Assembly: GCA_000708835.1 (NCBI GenBank)
Contig: DF237691.1
Span: 1 to 38,368, forward strand
DNA from: Klebsormidium nitens
Taxonomy: Eukaryota > Plantae > Klebsormidiophyceae
Direction of reading: 5' to 3'
Length of the DNA stretch: 38,368 bases
Shown here: positions 1 to 9,886 of the stretch, in pieces
Position numbering within the stretch: position 1 is the stretch's first letter
How the letters are laid out: every line of letters begins with the position of its first letter
Made by a program: the position numbers and the translations under genes
Notes under the pieces: generated by a model
What the model was told of the DNA's origin: nothing
Seen by the model: only the letters and a program-made list of their open reading frames with translations
Databases searched by the model: none

Positions 1-1047
1 GTCACATTACAATGAACCATCTCAGACATGTCTTCATATCTGACGCCTTTAAGGGGGACCACTCGATCATTCAACGAGAGGCTGTAGCCAAACGTATGCT
101 TCACGATTGGCCCACGGCTATGAAAAGCTACGAACGTAAGCATCGTGCGATGGGCCACACTCGAACCAGTACAAGAGGTTTTTCAAGGTCCCCAGCACTG
201 TGTGTACGGTCCATGAGTGTCTAACCGTACCGCAACGGGTTCGGGCTGCTTGGGGTTGATCTAGCCGGGCCATTTATGCTGCATAGAACGCTCGTTCAGC
301 ACGGCAGCTCTCTGTGGCTCTACTGGATCCAACCTCTTTTCAAAAGCTAAACACCTGCGTATCGCGATGGTAATTTGGTTTTTAGAACTGAACTGATAGG
401 AAAGCAGCTACGTTATCTTGCTTTTGGTCTAGGATCGATCAATTTGTAGCTGGAGATAGGACCTTCACAGGGAAACCAGCATCAAACAGCCATTGTAAGG
501 TCTTTTGTTGTGACGAACGCCCCTGCTGATAGCGTTCAAAGGCTTGTCTTAGTAGAATCTCGGTCCTCTTTTTCGTGTAATGGCGCTTCATGTACGTTTT
601 GTGTGCATTTGGATGTCGTTCGTGAAAGTGCTTCATATAAAGGCAATTCTTGCAGCTACAGCAGATGATGGGCGTTTTTCTACTCGTAAGATCGGCTAGT
701 TCCATAGATTGCTCCTACTTTCTTGCGGAGAAAATATGCTTGGGTTCAAACGCAACCGCGTTCGAAAGCCTCGTGAAAAAATCTTGGGACAATGTACTAA
801 GAGATGGAGCCCGCCGTGATCAGCACCTTCGAAACCGGTGTGCTAGCAAGTGGCTCAAGGCCTCATCAGACCCCAGATTTTGCTTTGGCCGTGCACAGCA
901 CCACCAAATGAAGTGCCGAAGCCACAGCAGGATATGCCGAGTATGAATGCTCCAACGAGGAACCCTGGTTTAACAACTGACATGCCGCCAAATGCCGACG
1001 ATCGGCGTTCTATTACTCACAATCTTTCGCCCCCCTCCTTTCTGCAG

Positions 1048-1266
1048 GCTCTGCTCGCGTTCATGGCGATGGGCGGCTGGTTCGCGTGGCCGAACGAGGT
1101 GCACGCCCACGCTGGGGACCTGGTGGCGCTCGTCGAGCGCTGCTGCCACGTGGACCCCAGCCAGCGGCCCAGCGCACACCACGTGGCAAACGACTTGCTG
1201 CAGATCGCAGAGCTGCTGCGCGCGCAGTGCTCCGAGGACGAACTAGAGGCGGCGTGGAGTGGGTAG
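1048..1266 (+). CDS. Terminal exon of Ser/Thr kinase paralog 1; upstream exons lie outside the window or are lost
   Basis: Acceptor tttctgcag ends at 1047. Reads ALLAFMAMGGWFAWPNEVHAHAGDLVALVERCCHVDPSQRPSA...WSG* (subdomains X-XI). Same length (219 nt) as the last exon of kinase 3 and 43/72 aa identical by hand count. Confidence 0.9.
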   Translation, partial: ALLAFMAMGGWFAWPNEVHAHAGDLVALVERCCHVDPSQRPSAHHVANDLLQIAELLRAQCSEDELEAAWSG

Positions 1267-2540
1267 AGGGGGGAGAGGGAGGAGAATGGACACTTGATTG
1301 ATTAGTGTAGAAATTACGCAGTGGGTTGACGGACTCATTGTGTTCAGGCGGATGCGATGGTCTCTCGACTTGTGTCGCGCGTGTTGGGTATACTGGCGAA
1401 TGTGTGCGTGTTTGTGGGGCAAGATCAGCGGGGATGGGGGTGGAATGAAGCGTAAGAGAGCCGGGCTTTGAGTGGGCGGATATTGTGTGAGTGCGCACGC
1501 GTAGATTAAGGGCAGCCCTGGCTCCTCCAGGGGAATGAGCGAGGGCGAATGTTGCGGCTGCGGAGCTGTAAACAGATGAAGAGCGAGTTGTAAATAGATA
1601 AAGAACGAGTGACGGGGAGGCATGAGCAGAACTTGGCTGGCGGGGGAACCATTTTTTGAGACTCATTAATTGCTGCTTGACATTTTGACAGCAGATTGTT
1701 TCCCTTGCTTTTGATAAGGGAGTTTCATAAGCGCTGAACTTCATTTGCTGCTTTTATACACAGGCCCCCGCCACTGGTTGTAACCGAAACAGATTTTTAA
1801 GGCATTAACCTAGCAGACACTAGCTAGACATTTAGTCAGAGCAAGCCGCGCTACAGTCTTAAATTCTAATCGATACAGATTGACATTTTACTGGTAGCAA
1901 ACTCAGATTAGGACAGCTAATTTATTGTGCCATAGATGCAAGCGAATGGTGAAAGTCTTTGGGCGCTAATCTGTTTCAATTGGTCCAAGATCAATGATAT
2001 GCCTAAGTGCACGCGCCGGCCCGAACGAGCACATGGCTTGTGTGCCCATGATGAAAGGCGAAACTCAATATCACCGATCAGACGGCCGGTGCGCTATAGC
2101 GGCATGCCTTCCGCACGATCAGAGCACGACCTTTTCTCGCGTCGATCTATGGTCATCCCTTTGTGCTGCGCCTTCCGCTTGAGTCCAGGTTCATGAGCAG
2201 TACCAGATTGTACGTCGAGCTTTCGTAGGCATCACATGCACGAACATTAATAAGCATCAATAATCTATTCGGCGCCATGCCAGATGCATGTTCCCGGCCC
2301 GTTCCCGGTGCATGGCCTTAACTCATGATTCCGGAGCTAGTAGGAAGTCAGTCAGTAAGCTCCTGCTTTTACTAAGCTGGATGCAGTAGAAGCTGGCGGC
2401 TGCAGGATCTGGGATCAATCAATGTGCAATGATGCACCGCGCATCTGCCTTTCTCAACATCATGAACAATGGTTACAACTTACAGTAGTAGTCACAGTGG
2501 CGCCCTGAAACCTCGCGGCCGCGCCTCCAGCCGGCCGCGC

Positions 2541-2605
2541 AGTGAGACGCGTGAATGCCGATCACCGTTCGATCTAGTGAGATCGACGGCATTCAAGCGC
2601 TCACT
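2541..2605. repeat. 65-nt imperfect inverted repeat (hairpin)
   Basis: AGTGAGACGCGTGAATGCCG (2541-2560) pairs with CGGCATTCAAGCGCTCACT (2587-2605). Inner stem is TCGATCT-agtg-AGATCGA. Confidence 0.75.
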
Positions 2606-2909
2606 ATCCATGGAGTTCCTGGCAAGATTGACTAGTGAGGCTGAAGGGATCCCTGAGGCATTTGCCTGCTCGAGTTAGCTGACGCGGATTATTGACTGAG
2701 CCCAAATGCGAAGGTCTTGCATTTGTTCAATCCACAAAAATTCTTAGGTTATCCAGAGCTTTCAGCTTTGAGCGCCTTCGGCGTTTGTTTATCAGCCCCC
2801 TCCACCAGCGATTGCGAGCGCTAGCGAGGAGAGCGAGACTGAGAGTGACTTCTCAGCGAGCAGCGACAGTGAGAGTGTTTTCAGCGCCTCCACCGCGTGG
2901 CCTCTTGCC

Positions 2910-5900
2910 ATGGCGGTCTTCTTTTCTGCTTGCCTGGGGGTCTTTGAGAGATACAGCGCCATCGTGAGGGGCGCTGTCTACGGGGGCATGATCCCCCTCT
3001 TCAGCAGCTGGGATGATGTCCCTTTCGACGATCTGCTGGTAGAGGTGGGGAGGGGCATTGCGCTGGGCGCCCTGCAGGGACTCCTTGGGGATGAGGAGGG
3101 GGAGCAGGAGCTTTGCCAGCAGGAGGGAGGCCAGGAGGAGGTGGTGATGGAGGTTGGGGGGAGGGAGGGAGAGGAGTTCTTGGTGGGAGAGGAGGGAGAG
3201 GAGGGGATTGAGGAGGGAGCAGAGGTGGAGCAGGGTCTCCCAGGAGGGGAGGAGGAGGGACAGCAGGCCAGCCCTGCGTATTCTGCGGAGGATGCTGACC
3301 AGCAGGTGAGCAGAATCACATGGCAATACCAACTTGTTTTTGTTCTGGACAAAAGCATTTGTTAAAATTTATAGATTTTTGAATGACCAAGCTGAGGGTT
3401 AAACAGTTCGGAAGTCAGCAAGGTTTCGTTAGAGACAGCAGTCTGTGCATCTCTGTCCATGATCTGGTTGAATCTACAAAGGACTGTGAGGCGCTAGGGA
3501 AGCCATAGTAGTTTGTTCCTTGTGGTGGTTTCTACAAGCTGCCGAGCAGCAAAAATGGTGTTTTTTGTTTGATCATGAAGTAGATGCTCACCATGTAAAA
3601 TACCAAGTACAAAACTTTTGAGACGATTCAAGAGCTTGGATCATTCACAGAGTATCTTTTGTTCATTTTCGCGGTCTCCTGTTTAAGAATTCAGCTGCAA
3701 AGCTTGCAACATATCATGAAGGTGCCAGTTGATCGGAATGTTGCACTTTGTCTTCAAACAGTATTCCAAGTTTTGATCACATTTTCATCAGCAACCTGAT
3801 GTGTGCTTAGCTTCAAAAGGTCTTGCACTCACATAATGCGTAAAGAGAGCTTCCTGTCACCAAATTGCATGTTTGTTTACCCCCAACCCTTGCTTACTTG
3901 ACAAAGATTTCTCTCTTCCTTCTCGCCGGAAATCCTTCAAAACCTGCTCACTAGCACAAAACAGTGACCAACATAAGTTCATCCTGTCACCAGCTCATCA
4001 AGTCTTCCTCCTCCTTTCAGGTAGCATCTTCCGGAGCCTCAGAGGCGGTGCCCTGCTCCCCCTCTGCTGCCCCCCTGGTCTCACACGATGCCCCGAGCAG
4101 CTCTGCACACGACCAGGGGGACAGCGGCAGGGCCCAGGAGGCCCCACTCGAGGTTGCCTTGGACGGGGTGGGTTTGTTCAGCGCGGACGCGTTCGCAGCC
4201 CCCGAGAGCACTCCCCCAGGGTTCGGCGTCTTCTCCGGCCTCGATTTTGACCTGGAGGCGCTCCCCACGCCCAGCCCGCGCGCCCCAGGCGACCAGTCTA
4301 GTTCCCCCCGCCCCGCCCCGCTAGCAGATACTGTTGCACTCTTTGAGGCACTCCCCGGTAGCGACGTGCCAGCAGCCCCCTCGCTTTTGTCCTGGAGTGA
4401 TACGAGTATTGAGTCGGTGGAGCTGGTCATGGGTGACGTCATTGAGGGGGATGAGGAGCAGGGGATGGCGGGTGCGCTACTTGATGAGGGGGTGGGGGAC
4501 TCCTGGAGGTGGAGGGCGAGCGACACGGCGCTGATGCAGGCAGGGCTGCAGCCTCAGGTAGGCAAACTTTCAAGGTTTTTTGTTCAGGGGTTTGTTGGAA
4601 ATCCGTCACAAGTGGGTTTGTATTGGGGTTTGTCTTGAGGTCAGTTCTACGGACAACTTTCAATTCTGTCTCTCAGAGTCTAAAGTTTTTGTCCTAAGCC
4701 AACGCAGGAACGCTTGGAAAACTTTGCGCACTTTCACGAGAGGGGAAGTCCACATTTGCATGTAATTCGGACGAGCAATTGGCATCTACGTCTTCATGAA
4801 AGCTCTCAATGGCTGATCGAAAAATATGGAAACGTTTGAGTCAGGCAAAGCTTGCAGTTTGAGCTTGCAAAGTTGAGGAGCTTCTGAAAACTTGCCAGGT
4901 CAAAAAGGTAATGCCTCAATCAGTTTCTGCTGTGCCTGTAGGAGCCGGAGAGGGATCCGTACGCCTTCCTGGCAGCAGCCGGCCTCGAGTTTTACCCGAA
5001 GATATCGCTTCTGGAACTTCTGGGCAGGGTGAGCTCAGCGCTGTCGACTGCCGCCTTTATGAATAGGCAGTTTGCCCCCTGAAGCTGGGTCCTAAGAAGT
5101 GTAGGCAATGAAACATTCAGCAGATAGATGACTGTGTACCGAAACCTTTGCGAGCATGTGGGCCGATGTCAAGCTCCAGAAATGTTGAAGCTCCAGAAAC
5201 AACAGAGAGGCTCCTGCAACGATCCGCGGGGAATGCTGGATTTCATCTGCCTCTTCAGGTTTAACGAAGGATTGCAGTCTTTGTTAAAAAGTCCTCGCAG
5301 TGCAAACAGGAAGATTTCAAAAGTAACGCGTGCAACTTCTTTCCGCAGGGGGGACAGGGCCTCGTGTGCTCCGCCAAAGGCCTCAATTCCCGTGGCGAGC
5401 ATCGCATCCTGGCCGCCAAGTTCCTTTTCTGGGGGTCATTGATTGAGGTAAGCAAGGCGTTCCAATGACAACGTTTCTGTTCTGACTACAAATGGATGAC
5501 AAGAAGACTTTCAAAAAGTTCCGGAGACCACGGGAACTTTCGGCTTAGGGTTCAAAATATTTCTTCCGCCCTGACAAATTCTTCCGGTCGACAAGGATGA
5601 ATCCTGTTGGAACCTCCTTCTCGGCAGAACGAAATTCTTAAAGTTTGCTACTGCGAGCAACGAATGGTTAACTTGCAGTCCCTCAGAACTGAAGCCTGAT
5701 CCTCGGAGGGACACCAATTGTGACGCCAGGCGAGATCGAAACACTTATCAACGGACTCAAATCTAACAACTTTCCAAAAGCCGTTTTACACGAAGGCTGA
5801 CCCTTATTTCTGCTCGTTTGATATGCAGGCAACGAATCTGATCCAGTGCCGCGCCTGCCCCGACATCATTCGCCTGGAGGGCTACACTCTGGACGGGGGG

Positions 5901-7705
5901 GAGCTGTGCCTGCTGTTCGAGCTCGCCGACTCCCCCCTGGAGTGGAGCGTCGCCGGGGCCACCCCCAGGTTCACCCCCGCCCGCCTGTACCAGATTGCAC
6001 GGCACATGGGACACGTGGCGGGCGCGCTCGCGTGGCTGCACGAGCACGGCTTGATCCACCGGTGAGCCAAGTAATCCTCTTGTTCGGGAAGACACCCGGA
6101 GTGTGACTGGAGATGTGGTACTAACATCTACTGGGAAGAAGGCAACGCCGAAGGGGTTCTAGCGGTCCTGGCTGATGCAGCTTAGTGTCGCGTCCTACTT
6201 TTTGTTGCCGTTGTAAAAGGGACGGCAGACGAGATGCTATCAGCACGGTCTGGCTGTATGATCTTATGCCACGACACGGACTCTATTCTGATGGGATCTT
6301 CTCTGTGGGGTTTATATCGTGTACGAATTCTCTGGCGTTCTGCATCTGGGGCACAAGCCGTCGCCTCTTTATCCCATCCCACATGCTCCCTTATATTTCC
6401 TCCTTTGCATCTGGTGGAGTATGTTGTTTCGTAAGGACTCTCCAAAGTCTGACCAGTATATTTCTCTTCGCAGGGACATCAAGCCGGAGAACATCCTGGC
6501 CAAGGACGGGGTCGCCAAGCTGGCGGACTTCGGACTGGTGACGTCAGTCGAGGAGGCGGCGCAGGGGGGTGACGTAAGGGCACCATTCACTTTATTTGTC
6601 AGTCACGCCGTGAGATCATGATTCGTGGAAAACGGATGTAAAAAATGCGGATCTGTGGAATTGTACGCTGAATCTCTGGCCTCCCCTTTGAAATTTGAAG
6701 CATCACAAGAAGCACAAGGCACGGAAATGGTGTCAGCGGCTGCTTACTAGATTTCTCAATCAACTTGAATCTACCTATGTCACACGTCCTAGAAAAAGCT
6801 TGGCAGAAGTGAATGACCTGGTGTTTTCCGTTCGCTTCTGTCCCAATGATTTGGCAGGTTGTGCTTGAGAACATACTCTTTGCCACCTCTTCTGACTGCT
6901 TGTTGAAGTCTATATCTGCTCCCTCGCTCGCGATAATCCGTTCCCGTAGCTCACATGTTCACCAAACCTGTGTGTGCAGTGCGGCACGCACGGCTACATC
7001 GCCCCAGAGGTCTACGTGGAGCGTTGCCACAGCCCCGCCTCCGACATTTTCGCTGCGGGCGTGACGCTCCACAACCTGCTCACCGGGACCCGCCCCTGCT
7101 CGGAGTTCCCCAACGTCGAGGTTAGCCGCGCTGCTTCACTTTGATGGTCCTCCGGTGTGATTCGTCTTTGCTTGTGGACTCTCCTCGCCCTCGCTTCGTT
7201 TCCTCGCCCGTTGCTTCTACCCACTTTCTTTCACTTCCATATCATTCCCGCTGCTGCTCCTTTCTTTTCCTCTTGTTTCCCCTTCAGATTCATCTGATCC
7301 TTTTTGCCCGTTTCGTCGAACCCTCGCGTCGTCTTTTTACGATCGTTCTGACTACTCGTTTAAAGTTCTTGATCCAAGAGTGGCTCCAACGGTCGAAGCC
7401 TCGCGGTTTGCAAAGACAAGGCAAAGACATATAAGTCGGTTTACCTTCTTACTCCACATAATCTGTTGGTTTCTGAAATCTTCCTCCTTTTTCCCCCCCA
7501 GGCCCTGCGCGATCACTTCGACGAAGGGCTGCGCTACACCTGGCCGACGGACATCCACCCGTACGGATCGGAGCTGGTGGCGCTGGTCGAGCGGTGCTGG
7601 CACACGCTGCCCGACGAGCGGCCCACCGCGGCCGCCCTGCAACAGGCGCTGTTCGGTATTTCACAAAATCTGAGCTGGCTGGCGCGTGCGACAGCGGCCG
7701 CGTGA
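2910..7705 (+). CDS. Ser/Thr protein kinase paralog 2 (RD type) with acidic low-complexity N-terminus; 1-nt frameshift in exon 3 (pseudogene or assembly error)
   Basis: Exons 2910-3305, 4021-4557, 4942-5027, 5349-5447, 5829-6061, 6474-6573, 6980-7120, 7502-7705, all GT-AG. Motifs LLELLGR|GGQGLV, LAAK, E|ATNL, HRDIKPEN, DFG, CGTHGYIAPE, DIFAAG, ERPTA. Exon sum is 1796 nt, one short of 599 codons. The start is uncertain because the frame is open upstream to 2772. Confidence 0.85.
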
Positions 7706-7712
7706 CCATTCG

Positions 7713-7741
7713 GGGTTTAGCAAGGGTTTAGCAAGGGTTAG
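7713..7741 (+). repeat. 11-bp tandem repeat (GGGTTTAGCAA x2.6), telomere-like
   Basis: gggtttagcaa gggtttagcaa gggttag, just after the kinase 2 stop. Confidence 0.7.
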
Positions 7742-9074
7742 AGACTCTGGGGCGATTGTGCAGCGGGATTCGACCGGGGTATGGAGAGGGTTTAAGTGTG
7801 TTGTAGGTGGTGAAGCGAGGGTTTTGGGTGTGGCGAGAACTGAGCGGTCGGGGTATAGCGAGGGGTATGTGAGGGGTCGCAACTGATGGCGGGTTTGCAG
7901 CGGGGGTTTCGACGAGAATGGGAAGGTTCCGGGGCGAGTGTGTCATAGTAAGGTGGGGGTTTGGGGTGGGGAATGTAGAGCGTTGACGGAGGGGCGTGTA
8001 CAATTTATTCATCATTCACGGCGGGGTTCGAAGGAGTTAAGTCGGATTGGTGCGAGGGGTGTGTGAGGAGTTAGAAGGTTGCGCTACTTTAGGGGAATGA
8101 GGCTTGTGCGGCTGTGGGCGGCGTTCGAATTGAATGAGAAGAGCTTAGCTTGAACTTGACAAGTTTGAATATAATCGCAGGACGTGTTGTACGTAGAGGG
8201 AGCGAGTTGCAAGACTTGGCAGCGTGTACGCAATTGGCCAATGTCTACACATTCTTTACAGGACTTAGTACATAGTAAAATGACTGGTCGAAATGATTGG
8301 TCGCTTATTTATCTAGCTTACTGCATGGAAGACATACGGACAGCCTAATTGATTCTTTGAGGTGAGACAGCTTAATCAGACCACCAGTGCGCGCACTTAT
8401 GTGCAACCGTTCGGATAGGCTAGAACGATGTTTTACTGCCTCATAAAAAGCAGTCGATTTCTCATAAAGTAATGACTGCCGTTGTATATGATTCAAGGCT
8501 TACGCCTTATTGTGCGCCCTCCCGGAATCAGGATCAAGCATATTCGTCTGGTATCTTCTGTATCTTGGCTGACGGTCCAATCATTACTTAGACCCGTGAT
8601 AAAGACCGGCTCTTGAAGGGTACATGGCCTGCTGGATGCTGCAGGCAATACTCGAGGCAGCCCATGCAACCCGGTTGTGACCTTTACGACGACTGACGGC
8701 CTGGTCAACTTGCTGCGAGCTGTCCATCATTGACGATCCACTCGGTGCAGGCGGCGCAGACCGTTGGTGGCTGAGGGGGATGTTGTAAGATTATGGCCGC
8801 AATTGCATGGGCGCATCCGTCATCATCTTCGTTCACCGTTATCGAGCCTTCAACCATTCAACAACTGAATATGGAAACACAGGTTCATTACATTCTGGAC
8901 CGAAGCAAGTGGGGTGGTCTCGACCGTCCTTTTAGCGGATTGCAAATTCGGCCGTTCAAATCGGAAAAGGCTTGCAATAAAGAACCGTCAAAGCTTACAT
9001 CTTTTCTCGACCGTTCGATAAGCGGGCGGCTATCTGGACGGCTGGAACATCTCACGGACGGTATTGCCTGCTTA

Positions 9075-9574
9075 CGGCCTTTTCACAACAGGCGAATCCG
9101 ACGCGAACCCCAATTCTGCGTCAGTTTGACCCCAGTTTTGCGACGGTCTTCTTCAGCCTATGTGGCGGAGCCAGAATGGCTGTAGTTGCTCTGTCAGCAG
9201 CCACGTGAGCAGAATTTTAAAATTCAATCTCCTCCCGCTGTGAAAGCCAGTTCCCCCAGTTTTACCCCAATTCGCCGCTTTTATGAACAAAATGTACCTC
9301 GGGATCAGTACATCATGAACGGTGCACCCGAAAATCGTCGATGTTGGTCAAGCTCCAAAGCTGGATATCGGACGGTTTCAAACATAGGTATTCCTGCTTT
9401 TGCGGATGGCGTCAAACTCTCCGGCCTATTTTGGCCGGAGAAGAGTTTGCCCCTAGCGCGAAAGTTGCCCGAGTTCGGCGAAGTTGACGAAATCCTACGT
9501 GGCACGCAGGACTCGGGCTGTGACAGGCCCCAATTTGTGGTTTCGCGTCGGATTCGCGTGTTGTGAAAAGGCCG
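9075..9574. mobile_element. 500-bp PIF/Harbinger (Tourist-like) MITE
   Basis: 33-bp TIR CGGCCTTTTCACAACAGGCGAATCCGACGCGAA (9075-9107) matches 9542-9574 in reverse complement at 32/33. TTA on both flanks (9072-9074, 9575-9577). No transposase-like ORF inside. Confidence 0.9.
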
Positions 9575-9600
9575 TTAGTGCCGTGAATTTAGGCTGCTCA

Positions 9601-9609
9601 ACCAATCAG
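9601..9609 (+). promoter_or_regulatory. Candidate CCAAT box upstream of kinase 3
   Basis: ACCAATCAG about 280 bp upstream of ATG 9887 and just downstream of the MITE; motif match only. Confidence 0.3.
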
Positions 9610-9886
9610 GTGCATGATCACCCAAAATAAGGCGCCAACTCTTCATGGTACCATGATTGTAGCAAAGCTGACGGGGATTTTCGCTGGGTATCTTCAGGAG
9701 CTCTTGAGTCTGGCGAGCTGCATTTTGCGGGAATCCAAGCTGAGAATCTCTCATTCTTCAGTTCTCTGAAGGATACCAGCTTTCAGGCGTTCTAGCGTCC
9801 TGCTTTCCTGCTTAGTGCCTGCTTTGCGATTGCATCGCGCAGCGCCCCGTCACCGTGGGTTAGATAGCATCGTGAGGCGCCACATC

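Noticed and set aside
439-705. 88-aa minus-strand ORF with Cys/His residues resembling a BED finger
   Set aside because: C/H spacing is too short for BED or C2H2, and there is no supporting transposase sequence.
2853-4526. Long minus-strand Ser/Pro/Leu-rich ORFs over the kinase N-terminal exons (also at 9946-10275 and 11403-11786)
   Set aside because: Antisense shadows of GAG/GGG-rich coding exons.
8277-9060. AAATGA(C/T)TGGTCG x2 and scattered GACCG/GACGG motifs left of the MITE
   Set aside because: No boundaries, TIR or TSD found, so a second element cannot be supported.
8793-9566. ORFs of 130 and 126 aa overlapping the MITE
   Set aside because: No transposase or other recognisable motifs; they run across the TIR boundary and look like chance ORFs.
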